This document shows, one piece after another, positions 27,209 to 39,531 of a DNA stretch of 64,000 bases. Made by a program: the position numbers and the translations under genes. A model generated the notes under the pieces. The model was not told the DNA's origin. It saw only the letters and a program-made list of their open reading frames with translations, and ran no database searches. Where the stretch lies: assembly GCA_964542475.1 (NCBI GenBank), contig CAZIUL010000007.1, forward strand, positions 34,067 to 98,066, given 5' to 3'. Numbering within the stretch: the first letter of the stretch is position 1; each line of letters begins with the position of its first letter. Source of the DNA: an uncultured Phycisphaerales bacterium. Lineage in GTDB: Bacteria; Planctomycetota; B15-G4; CAYZWU01.

Positions 27209-29011
27209 TCATGAGTCAATCAAGATCTTCGCTGCCGCGGACGAGGCGGTGACAGCATAGTTGGACGGTTTCATGGTGAAGTAAGCCATGTAAATTAGAA
27301 GTCCCTGAACCACCGGATCGTTGGGTATTGCCAGAGAGGTGGACGCATGACCTGATCCGTCGAGTGTGCCGTTCCATCCGGGAAAAGCTCCCACGGTGAT
27401 CGAATAAAGGAAATCCCAGCCGATGGGAACATGCACTCCGTTTTTGAAGTTGAACCCTGTGTCCGTCAACGAAACACCGTTGTAGTAGATTTGTCCCGCG
27501 CCCGCAGCCCAGTCCAGATCGATATCGAGCAGACCGCCTTTAGCCGCATTGCCGTTAACTGTCAGCGCCGGGCCCTGGCCCAGGTTGACTTCCAGCAAGG
27601 TGGATCTTCCGCCTACTATATTAACGGTGAATGTCTCGGGATCGTACCCTGCAGCGGAAAAGGTGATGTCATAGGCGCCCTGGGGCAGGAAATACTGAAA
27701 ACTACCGAACCGCGGCTCGGTCTTCCGGATCTCGCCCTGTGTGTAATTGATCCCGGTTATCTCGATGTCGGCCACGATCGGTACGCCGGTGTCCGCTTCC
27801 ACGACATGCCCCCTCAGAGGGATCCGGCGGCCCAGAAAATGTTTGACCCCGGGCCAGATGTGGTCCGCGAACTCGGACTGGGCTGTCGAATGCGAGGGCT
27901 GAAAGGAGGTGCCGGTCTCCACAAGGAACGAAAAGGTCGAGGCGTTGCATAGCTCCCACTGGTACGCCTCGCCCTCTGCGGAAGCTTTACGGTGACTGCC
28001 TCCGTAGTTGAATGCAAAAGCGATCTCCTCCGCCTCGCTTTTCAAGTAGCTCTCGAGAGCTGATGGAAAAGAGGATGAAAGGTAGTATGTATAGACCAGC
28101 TCCTGGCCGTAGCTGTGAAAGTCCATGGTCTTGGCAAACCTTCGTTCCTGGGCGAGCGCGACTTCGGTCTTAGTCTCCTGCTCAGAGTTGGGATACGGGC
28201 CCTTGTAAATTATGCTGCTCGGATCGGTGCTGCCCGAATAAGGCCCGTACCAGTTGAAGTCGTAGTTCCGGTTGAGGTCCACGCCGAAGTTTCCGCCCGC
28301 TTGCGGGCTTCTGTTCTTGCGCCACCACTCGTCATAATCGAAACAGTACTGGAAACCGTCCGGATTCCAGCAGCTCGCTATGTAGATCTGGTAGTTATCC
28401 ACCCAGTTGGTAACGGCGGGGTCAGTGCCGTATAACGAGGTCAGGTTCTCTATGATCCAGAGCCCGTACTCGGCGGTTGTGACCTCGCGGGCGTGACGGT
28501 TCAAGGTCAAAAGTATGTTCGGCTCGTCTTCGTCGACATGCACGTTGTCCGAGATCTTCATCACAAGAAGCTGCCTGTCCTCGTGCGTTGTTCCCACACC
28601 GTATTCAATCCCCGCATCGCTCAACAGGGCGATTTCGGGGTGACCGGCCTGAAACCCGAGCAGCTCGGCCTTGTGCTCCAGCCAGTCCCTGTACCCGGCC
28701 GGAATACCCCGCGATCCTTTCCCGGATGAGCTTTCCACAACTCTGAACTTCATGCCGCTCGAACGTAAACTGCTGACCTGCTGGGGTGTGGCAATAACCT
28801 CCACGAACCCGCCGGGTCCGTTCCTGCCAAGGATGTCAAAGCCGGATCGCTCCAGATCGTAGAGCAGAGCAACCGTGTCATCTTGGTAAACTTCCAAGCG
28901 GAAAAACTCTCTGTTCTGTGCAACAAGTGATGTGGTCATGAAGGAAAAAAGAATGGAAACCGACAACGCGACAAAGATCAGGCGGTTAGCGCGGCAATGG
29001 AAGCCTTTCAT
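27209..29011 (-). CDS. Secreted M14 zinc carboxypeptidase (carboxypeptidase T-like) with regulatory-like domain and extra C-terminal domain
   Basis: Signal peptide; HARE (HxxE), WRKNR, GVDLNRN, DFHSYG and FLVETG motifs. Confidence 0.92.
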   Translation of the reverse strand: MKGFHCRANRLIFVALSVSILFSFMTTSLVAQNREFFRLEVYQDDTVALLYDLERSGFDILGRNGPGGFVEVIATPQQVSSLRSSGMKFRVVESSSGKGSRGIPAGYRDWLEHKAELLGFQAGHPEIALLSDAGIEYGVGTTHEDRQLLVMKISDNVHVDEDEPNILLTLNRHAREVTTAEYGLWIIENLTSLYGTDPAVTNWVDNYQIYIASCWNPDGFQYCFDYDEWWRKNRSPQAGGNFGVDLNRNYDFNWYGPYSGSTDPSSIIYKGPYPNSEQETKTEVALAQERRFAKTMDFHSYGQELVYTYYLSSSFPSALESYLKSEAEEIAFAFNYGGSHRKASAEGEAYQWELCNASTFSFLVETGTSFQPSHSTAQSEFADHIWPGVKHFLGRRIPLRGHVVEADTGVPIVADIEITGINYTQGEIRKTEPRFGSFQYFLPQGAYDITFSAAGYDPETFTVNIVGGRSTLLEVNLGQGPALTVNGNAAKGGLLDIDLDWAAGAGQIYYNGVSLTDTGFNFKNGVHVPIGWDFLYSITVGAFPGWNGTLDGSGHASTSLAIPNDPVVQGLLIYMAYFTMKPSNYAVTASSAAAKILIDS

Positions 29012-29177
29012 GTGGAGGCTCCTTTCTTGATGATCCGAACGAATGGAAACCGGCAATCATTGAAATAAAGACCTTATTCCTATACAGTTTACATGACTTT
29101 GCACTGTTTGGCAAGGTTTATATCCCGCAAGCGCACTCTGATGCGGTGGAAAAAACATCGGAAAAATAAGGAAAAAG

Positions 29178-29855
29178 ATGTCTCTCCCGCCTTTTGACAT
29201 GGAGGCTTTCACAAAGTCGCTTCGTTCGGCAGTGGAAGCGGCTTTCAGGCCGGTCAATCTTCCAGTCGACCGCGTGGAAAAGCTCGTACGGTTCGGGAGC
29301 ATGCTTGCGCAGAGATCGGGCGAAATCAACCTGACTCGGATTCTCGACCCGGAAGGGATGGCTGTCCGCCATTTCCTGGATTCATCCCATCTTCTGGCAG
29401 TGCTCAAAAAAACAACAGGCCCTGTGCTCGACATGGGGACCGGGGGCGGAGTTCCCGGAGTCCCGCTGGCCATACTCAGGAACGATCTGAAGGTGATCAT
29501 GATCGACGGCACTGACAAGAAGGTCCGCTTCGTGCGCGAAGTAATCGGGGAGCTCGGCCTTGATAACACAGAGGTTTTACACGCCAGGGCTGAGGAACAT
29601 CTGAAAGGCCATACATATCAAACTGCGATCACAAGGGCCGCCGTGAAGCCGCAAACAATGTTCGAGCTTCTGGAAACAACAGGCCCCGCGGTGAAGCGCA
29701 TTGTTTTCATGGAAGGAGCAAGGGGCAAGGAACACGCGCGCGATGTCATCAAGCCGGCCCGAAGCGCGGGCTACGAATTCGGCATGGCAATGCCCTACCG
29801 CCTCCCCGGCCTTGACAAGGAGCGTTACCTTCTGTGCTTCGATCGCACCGATTGA
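29178..29855 (+). CDS. rsmG: 16S rRNA (guanine-N7)-methyltransferase RsmG/GidB
   Basis: INLTRI, RHFLDS, LDMGTGGGVPG, KKVRF, RAEE and TRAAV motifs. Confidence 0.9.
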   Translation: MSLPPFDMEAFTKSLRSAVEAAFRPVNLPVDRVEKLVRFGSMLAQRSGEINLTRILDPEGMAVRHFLDSSHLLAVLKKTTGPVLDMGTGGGVPGVPLAILRNDLKVIMIDGTDKKVRFVREVIGELGLDNTEVLHARAEEHLKGHTYQTAITRAAVKPQTMFELLETTGPAVKRIVFMEGARGKEHARDVIKPARSAGYEFGMAMPYRLPGLDKERYLLCFDRTD

Positions 29856-29922
29856 TATGGCGAAGAAGCCGTTCCCAACAATCAACAACTGACAGTCTCA
29901 GCGGAACGAAAAGGACAACATA

Positions 29923-32199
29923 ATGACGCGTTCAAGATCGCCGTTTTTCATGCTCGCCTTTTTTGCGGTTTCCGCGCTCCTGTTTACAGGGCAGGCGCGG
30001 GCGCTGCCGCGCACTTCGTCACCTGACAGCTTCAAGAACGACGCGAAGAGTGCGACAGACAATGAAGAATGGCCGAAGCTCGAGGAGCTTTCCAGGGCGC
30101 GCATCAAAGAGGAGCCGGGAGACCACTCGGCAATCGCATACCTGTCCTTTGCCCTGGCCGGACAAAAGAAGTTCGACGAGGCCGTTGCAGCGCTGGCTGA
30201 TCTCGAAGAGGCGGGCTACTCTCCTACCCGAAACCTACGCGGTGTGGGCAACCCCCTGAGCAAGATCGTCAACATCATCTACATGACCTGCTGGGCAAAC
30301 TTCGACGCGGGCTACAATGTAAAGGCATGGTCCGCCCTGTTCAACCGCTTCGAGGAGCTGTCATCCATGTACACTGCGGCATCACGCCTTCTCATGGCTG
30401 CCTTGAAAACGGATGATAAAAAGGAAACCTCCCGCCTGGAAGCGTGGTTCGAAAAAATGCTGGAAAAGAACAAGAGCAATCCCGGGCTCACAGTCAGCTT
30501 GTACACCAACTTTGCGGAGGGGTACCTGAGAGCCGGCGTGGGAAAACCAAGGACGTTGGATCTGGCATCTATTAGCTACAACCTGGCCCGGGAGGATGTG
30601 GAGAAACAGTACGAAAACATTGAAGATCCGCTCGAGAGGCGCGAAAAGTGCGATGTGAACACGGATGACGAGTACCGGAACCTCGCCCTTGCCTGCAGCC
30701 TCTGCAACGTCTTCGACCCCCCTGAAAACCGCCTGGCGGAGCGCGAGCCCGAACCCGGTGCTGTTTTCGAGGACATCACGGCTGAGGCCGGCCTCGGCAG
30801 CATCCGCTCGGGAAGGGTGGCTGTGGCCGACTACAACAGCGACGGATACCCTGATCTTTGCTTTTCCGGCCGCCTCTTCATGAACGACAAGGGAAATCGG
30901 TTCGTCGAAAAGACGAAGGAAGCCGGTATCAGCAAAACCGGCGCGGGCGCCCTTTTCTTCGATTTCGACAACGACAAGGATCTGGATCTTCTGATCTCGA
31001 CACTCCCCCATCCCTACCTGTTTCGTAACGAGGGAAAAAAGGGAAAGTACACCTTCACCGAGGTCACCACCGAAGCCGGGCTGGAACAAATAACCATCGG
31101 CGCCACACCGGAAGGTGTTGCCGCCATGGACATTGACAACGACGGATGGCTCGATTTCTACATGGCCGCCTACGAAAATCCTTACCCCAAGGGGCACCCC
31201 GATGTGCTCGCGCTCAACAACGGCGACGGGACCTTTTCGGACGTGTCAAAGGACAGGGGCGTCCTGGAAGGCGATGTGCTCTGCGGCCGGGGAGTGACCT
31301 GCTCCGATTACGACCGCGACGGTGATGTGGACATCCATGTTTCGAACTACCGACTCCACAGAAACTTTCTCTGGCAGAACAACGGCAGCGGTTCCTTTGT
31401 TGACATCGGGGAAAAAACCGGGCTTATGGGCACGAAACAGGGCGGTGCTTACGGCCACACGATCGGGTCATGCTGGGGCGACATCGACAACGACGGGAAC
31501 ATGGATCTTTTCTGCGCCAACCTGGCCCATCCGCGGTTCATCAACCAGGGTTTCTCGAACCTTTCTATGCTTTACGTGAACCAGGGCAGAGACGAAAAGT
31601 TCGCCTTCACCGAGGAGCGCCGCGACAGGGGGATCCGTTTCCAGGAAACGCATTCCGATCCGGCCCTCATTGACTACGACAACGACGGCGATCTCGACCT
31701 TTACATCACAGCGATATACGAGGGCGCGCCTTCCTGTTTTTATCAGAACACGGGAGACGGTTTTTTCGAGCCGGTTACCTTCCGGTCAAGGTCAGTGGTC
31801 TTCAACGGCTGGGGCCAGGCATGGTTCGACATGGATGACGACGGCGATCTCGACCACTTGATCGGGTCCGGTTCAGGAGTGGTCCTGCACAGGAACAAGG
31901 GCAACAACAACAAGTGGATCAAGGTCGAGCTCGTGGGCAAGAACCGGAACTACTTCGGCGTGGGCGCAAGGGTACAGGTAACGACCCCGGAAGGCCTGAG
32001 CATGGTCCGCGAGGCGCGCATCGGCAGGGGAACCCAGAGCCAGGACGATCCAATACTCCATTTCGGGCTCGGGCCCAACGCATCGTCGGCCCGGATTGAG
32101 GTGACATGGACTACCGGACACACCAAGGCGATGAACAGCAAGGTCAACAAGACAGTGACCGTACGGCAGCGGAAGGATTATCCGAAAAGGAGGCAGTGA
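29923..32199 (+). CDS. Secreted CRTAC1-like protein: helical N-domain, FG-GAP/VCBS repeats, ASPIC/UnbV C-domain
   Basis: Signal peptide; repeated DxDNDGxLD motifs; C-terminal GVGARV...SQDDPILHFGLG...IEVTW. Confidence 0.9.
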   Translation: MTRSRSPFFMLAFFAVSALLFTGQARALPRTSSPDSFKNDAKSATDNEEWPKLEELSRARIKEEPGDHSAIAYLSFALAGQKKFDEAVAALADLEEAGYSPTRNLRGVGNPLSKIVNIIYMTCWANFDAGYNVKAWSALFNRFEELSSMYTAASRLLMAALKTDDKKETSRLEAWFEKMLEKNKSNPGLTVSLYTNFAEGYLRAGVGKPRTLDLASISYNLAREDVEKQYENIEDPLERREKCDVNTDDEYRNLALACSLCNVFDPPENRLAEREPEPGAVFEDITAEAGLGSIRSGRVAVADYNSDGYPDLCFSGRLFMNDKGNRFVEKTKEAGISKTGAGALFFDFDNDKDLDLLISTLPHPYLFRNEGKKGKYTFTEVTTEAGLEQITIGATPEGVAAMDIDNDGWLDFYMAAYENPYPKGHPDVLALNNGDGTFSDVSKDRGVLEGDVLCGRGVTCSDYDRDGDVDIHVSNYRLHRNFLWQNNGSGSFVDIGEKTGLMGTKQGGAYGHTIGSCWGDIDNDGNMDLFCANLAHPRFINQGFSNLSMLYVNQGRDEKFAFTEERRDRGIRFQETHSDPALIDYDNDGDLDLYITAIYEGAPSCFYQNTGDGFFEPVTFRSRSVVFNGWGQAWFDMDDDGDLDHLIGSGSGVVLHRNKGNNNKWIKVELVGKNRNYFGVGARVQVTTPEGLSMVREARIGRGTQSQDDPILHFGLGPNASSARIEVTWTTGHTKAMNSKVNKTVTVRQRKDYPKRRQ

Positions 32200-32253
32200 A
32201 CAGGGTACGAGCGGTTATCCCGCCCGGATGAGTGTTCATTGTTCAGGGAAGAT

Positions 32254-32335
32254 AAGAGGCGGCAACAGAGTGCCGCCCTCCAGTTGAAAGGACATGCGCC
32301 GGTTGAACAATGGAGGGCGCCGCTCCGTCGGCGCC
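32254..32335 (+). repeat. Inverted REP-like doublet (type A + type B)
   Basis: Same architecture and 28-nt spacer as 27027-27108; lies between convergent genes. Confidence 0.9.
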
Positions 32336-32367
32336 GCATACGCCTTTCTCGCACGCGTTCTCGATAT

Positions 32368-32406
32368 GTAGGGGCAACCCCCTGTGTGTGGTTGCCCTCC
32401 CCCTAC
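32368..32406. repeat. GTAG-footed REP-like palindrome
   Basis: GTAGGGGCAACCCCCTGTGTGTGGTTGCCCTCCCCCTAC: GTAGGGG/CCCCTAC termini with an inner GGGCAACC/GGTTGCCC stem; overlaps the asnB stop. Confidence 0.85.
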
Positions 32407-34331
32407 TTGCCCTTCGCCGTGATTGCCCTTCCATCGATGAACCGCTCGAACCAGAGCTCCAGCATCAGCAGCGCCCAGATCTGAAGGTGCAGGTTCTCGC
32501 GGCCGGATACGTGGCGGTCCAGGAGCCTGCGCACCTCTTCCGTGCAAAAGAGGCCGCGCGATGCAGCAGCCTTGCCTGTCAGCGTATCGTACGCCATCTC
32601 CTTGAGCTCGCCCCTGAGCCAGGCGTCGATTGGCACTCCGAAACCCATCTTGGGGCGGTCCAGGATCCCGCGGGGAAGAACGGATCGGAGCGCGTTTTTC
32701 AGGATATGCTTGCTTCTCATTCCCTTGAGCTTGAGCGTGGCCGGGATTCTCGCTGCGAACTCCATGAGTTCATGGTCGAGAAAGGGAGAGCGCCCCTCCA
32801 GCGAATGCGCCATGGTGGCGATGTCCACCTTGACGAGAAGGTCGTAGGGAAGGTAGGTCCTGATGTCCACATCCAGCGTTCTTCCCAAAAAATCCGGGGC
32901 ATCCGACTCACGGTACGCATCCCGCATAAGCCCCGCTTCGTCCAGCCCGCGCGTTTCAGCCCTGAAATCACCGGTGTAGAGCTTTTCTTTCAACCCCGGC
33001 CCGATGTAACAGAACCAGTTGAAGTTCCTCTGTTCCGGTGCAAGCGATGCCTGTCGCAAAAACCGTTTCATTCGCGAGAGCGTGCTCTTTCCGCTCCCTT
33101 CGGGCCCGGGAAGAAGCAGGCAGGCGCACCCGCACAACAGGCGGAGAAGCGGCGCCGGAACAAAACCCAGCTTGTCCGCTGCCGCGTGCGCGCGGTACCG
33201 GTCGTAACCCGCGAAGCTCTCGTCCCCGCCGTCGCCGTTCAGCACAACCTTCACCTCTCTTGCAGCCAGCTCAGAAAGGTAAAAAGTCGGAATGCCGGAC
33301 GAGTCGGCGAACGGCTCGTTGTAGTGCCACACGAGCTTGGGCAGGATCGCCGCTGCATCGGGCTTGACCGTCATCTCGACATGATCGGTCTCGAAAAGCG
33401 CCGCGACCTCCCTGGCATGCCTTGTCTCGTCGTACCGCTTCTCCTCGAACCCGATGGAGAAGGTCTTCACCGCCCCCCCCATGCGCTGCCTCATCATCGC
33501 TACAACCGCGCTCGAATCCACGCCCCCGCTGAGAAAGGCACCAATCGGCACATCGCTGACCAGCCTGATGCGAACCGCTTCCTCGAGCTTCTCCCGGAGC
33601 GCGCCCGCGATCTCCTCTTCGCCTTCATCTCCGCCTACCGGAAGCGGTTCCGCGAACGAAAGCTTCCAGTATCGCCGCACCTCAAGACGCCCCGATTCGA
33701 ACATGAGCCAGTGCCCCGCGGGCAGCTTCTTTATGCCCGCAAAAGCGGTCCAGGGAGCGGGCACATACTGGTAAGAAAGGTAGTGGTGTATCGCTTCAGG
33801 ATCAGGCTCGGGCTTTATTGAAGGATCCTTCAAAAGCGCCTTGATCTCCGATCCGAACAGAAGCTCCTTGCCGTCGAACGAGTAGACCAACGGTTTCTTG
33901 CCGATCCTGTCCCGGGCCGCGAAAAGCCTGTGTTTCGCTTCGTCGTACACAGCGAAAGCGAACATGCCCCTGAGACGATCCAGGCATCCGGGCCCGTGAT
34001 CCTCGAAAAGGTGCAGAACCACTTCCGCATCGGTCCGTGACCTGAACCGGTGTCCCTTCTCCTCCAGCTCGACGCGCAGCTCGAGAAAGTTGTAGATCTC
34101 CCCGTTGAAAACAAGGTGAACCGTTCCGTCCTCGCTGCTGAGCGGCTGGCGCGCCCTGTCGCTCAGGTCGATGATGGAAAGCCTGGAGTGGCCAAGCCCG
34201 AACCCCGGCCCTGTGAGCGTGCCCATGTCATCAGGACCGCGATGGTCCAGAGTCTCAGCCATGGACCGCACCAGGCGCTCTTCAACAGGCGCTTCCCTGT
34301 CATTTGTGATCTTACCGCAGATGCCGCACAT
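32403..34331 (-). CDS. asnB: Asparagine synthase (glutamine-hydrolysing) family amidotransferase
   Basis: True start MCGICG at 34331 (RBS AAGGAG); HRGPDD, RDRIGKKPL, FLSGGVDSS, GDGGDESFAGY, LLVKVD and PKMGF motifs. The ORF-track N-extension overlaps ileS and is spurious. Confidence 0.95.
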   Translation of the reverse strand: MCGICGKITNDREAPVEERLVRSMAETLDHRGPDDMGTLTGPGFGLGHSRLSIIDLSDRARQPLSSEDGTVHLVFNGEIYNFLELRVELEEKGHRFRSRTDAEVVLHLFEDHGPGCLDRLRGMFAFAVYDEAKHRLFAARDRIGKKPLVYSFDGKELLFGSEIKALLKDPSIKPEPDPEAIHHYLSYQYVPAPWTAFAGIKKLPAGHWLMFESGRLEVRRYWKLSFAEPLPVGGDEGEEEIAGALREKLEEAVRIRLVSDVPIGAFLSGGVDSSAVVAMMRQRMGGAVKTFSIGFEEKRYDETRHAREVAALFETDHVEMTVKPDAAAILPKLVWHYNEPFADSSGIPTFYLSELAAREVKVVLNGDGGDESFAGYDRYRAHAAADKLGFVPAPLLRLLCGCACLLLPGPEGSGKSTLSRMKRFLRQASLAPEQRNFNWFCYIGPGLKEKLYTGDFRAETRGLDEAGLMRDAYRESDAPDFLGRTLDVDIRTYLPYDLLVKVDIATMAHSLEGRSPFLDHELMEFAARIPATLKLKGMRSKHILKNALRSVLPRGILDRPKMGFGVPIDAWLRGELKEMAYDTLTGKAAASRGLFCTEEVRRLLDRHVSGRENLHLQIWALLMLELWFERFIDGRAITAKGK

Positions 34332-34568
34332 AACGCTCCTTATCGGCAAAATGCGGGCCCATCCCCGCGCCTTTGCGCTGAAAGACACAAAATACAGATG
34401 CCAGGCACTTGAAAAAAGCCTTGAAAGATATAAGTTAATCCCTTTTGGACCGTTTCGCAACAGATCAGGATCAGTAACAGGGAGATGTGCTTCCTGTTTC
34501 CGTTCCAAGGCGGGCGTACACAAGGACCGGAAGTCGATCCGGTCGAGCCCCTCCGGGAGTACAGCTTT

Positions 34569-37724
<3,156 letters not shown>

Positions 37725-37793
37725 CCATGCGCGGTATTCCACAGGATTTTTAAAGAGCACGAGAGACTTTTCAACAAGACAGGAGGGTAAAAA

Positions 37794-39506
37794 GTGGACA
37801 AGATCGTTGAATGCGTGCCCAACTTCAGCGAGGGCAACGACCAGAGCGTCATCGAAGCCATAGCGGAATCGGTAAGAAGCGTTGACGGGGTTCTTCTCCT
37901 GGACATGGACCCGGGCAAGGCCACGAACCGAACAGTGGTGACCTTTGTGGGCGGCCCGGAAGGCGTGGTGGAAGCTGCGTTCAGGGCGATCAAGACCGCC
38001 GGCGAGCTCATAGACATGAGCGTGCAACAGGGCGCGCATCCGCGCCAGGGAGCAACGGATGTCTGTCCCTTCTGCCCTGTCAAGGGGGTCACCATGAAGG
38101 AGTGCGTTGAGCTAAGCTGGAAGCTAGGCAAAAGGGTGGGCGAAGAGCTTGGCATCCCGGTCTATCTTTACGAGCACTCGGCCACGAAGCCCGAAAGAAA
38201 GCTGCTGCCTGACATCCGCGTTGGCGAGTACGAGGCCCTGTCGAACAAGCTGGGAAAAGCGGAATGGAAGCCAGACTGCGGGCCGAACGAGTTCAACGAC
38301 AAGGTAAAGCGAACCGGCGTCACGGTAATGGGAGCGCGTGAGTTCCTGATCGCGTACAACGTCAACCTGAACACCAGCGAAAAAAGGTACGCATCCGACC
38401 TTGCCCTAGAGATCCGCGAAACAGGCCGCATCAAGCGCAAGCCGGGGCCCACCCCGTTCTACCAGGACGGCGAGATTATTAAAAACGAGCACGGCAAGAA
38501 GGTCCGCAAAAACGGGATGTTCCAAAACGTCAAGGCGGTGGGCTGGTTCATCGACGAGTACGGCATCGCACAGGTCTCCATCAACCTGACAAACCTCGGC
38601 ATTACCCCGGTCCACAAGGTCTTCGATGCCTGCGTCGAGCTGGCAGCAGCGAGGGGCATGCGAGTCACCGGCTCCGAAATAGTCGGGCTCGTTCCCCTGG
38701 ATGCACTGCTTGAGGCAGGCAGGCATTACCTGACCAAGCAGCACAGGTCCACGGGCGTTCCCGAGGAGGACCTGATTCACACCGCTGTAAAGTCGATGGG
38801 TCTGGACGACCTCGCGCCGTTCGATCCGAGCAAGAAGATCATCGAGTACCAGTTCAAACGTGTAAACCCTCTCACCGCGCTGACCGCGGCCGGTTTCACC
38901 CACGAGGTCAGCCGCGACTCCATGGCGCCGGGCGGGGGTTCGGTTGCAGCGCTGTCAGGCGCGCTGGCAGCCGCACTGGCAGGCATGGTGGGCAACCTCA
39001 CGGCAGGCAAACGCGACATGATCGAGCAGTTCGACGTGATGTCGAAGCTCGCGCAGGGTGCCCAAGCTGTCAAGGACAAGCTCCTTGAGGCTGTTGACAG
39101 AGACACCGACGCCTTCAACGAGATCATCACGGCCATGCGCATGCCCAAGAAGAGCGCTGATGACAAGAAAGCCAGGGAACAGGCGATCGAGAAGGCCAAC
39201 CAGGGTGCAGCCCAGGTTCCGCTCGACACCGCGGCACTCTGCCTGGAAGCCTTGGAGCTCGCAAACACCGCTGCTTTGAAAGGTAACCCGGCATCCGTCA
39301 CCGACGCGGGCACTGCCGCACAGATGGCAAAAGCCGGGTTCGAAAGCGCTGTGTACAACGTGCGCATCAACCTGCACTCGGTGTCGGACGCCGTATTCGC
39401 GGAGAAGACCATGGACCGGGTCGCGACGCTCGCATCCGAGTTCGAGAAGCTAATGAAATCCACAGCAGGACGGGTCGAGGATCTCCTGGAAAACCCGGCC
39501 TCCTGA
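37794..39506 (+). CDS. ftcD: Bifunctional glutamate formimidoyltransferase / formimidoyltetrahydrofolate cyclodeaminase
   Basis: ECVPNFSEG, HPRQGATDVCPF and GAREFLIAYNVNL, then the cyclodeaminase half (APGGGSVAAL, NVRINL). Confidence 0.93.
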   Translation: MDKIVECVPNFSEGNDQSVIEAIAESVRSVDGVLLLDMDPGKATNRTVVTFVGGPEGVVEAAFRAIKTAGELIDMSVQQGAHPRQGATDVCPFCPVKGVTMKECVELSWKLGKRVGEELGIPVYLYEHSATKPERKLLPDIRVGEYEALSNKLGKAEWKPDCGPNEFNDKVKRTGVTVMGAREFLIAYNVNLNTSEKRYASDLALEIRETGRIKRKPGPTPFYQDGEIIKNEHGKKVRKNGMFQNVKAVGWFIDEYGIAQVSINLTNLGITPVHKVFDACVELAAARGMRVTGSEIVGLVPLDALLEAGRHYLTKQHRSTGVPEEDLIHTAVKSMGLDDLAPFDPSKKIIEYQFKRVNPLTALTAAGFTHEVSRDSMAPGGGSVAALSGALAAALAGMVGNLTAGKRDMIEQFDVMSKLAQGAQAVKDKLLEAVDRDTDAFNEIITAMRMPKKSADDKKAREQAIEKANQGAAQVPLDTAALCLEALELANTAALKGNPASVTDAGTAAQMAKAGFESAVYNVRINLHSVSDAVFAEKTMDRVATLASEFEKLMKSTAGRVEDLLENPAS

Positions 39507-39531
39507 AAAAACATTCGCAAGGCATGTTTCG

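Noticed and set aside
34332-34568. T-box riboswitch upstream of ileS
   Set aside because: No T-box sequence or terminator/antiterminator was found; the region is a short divergent promoter.
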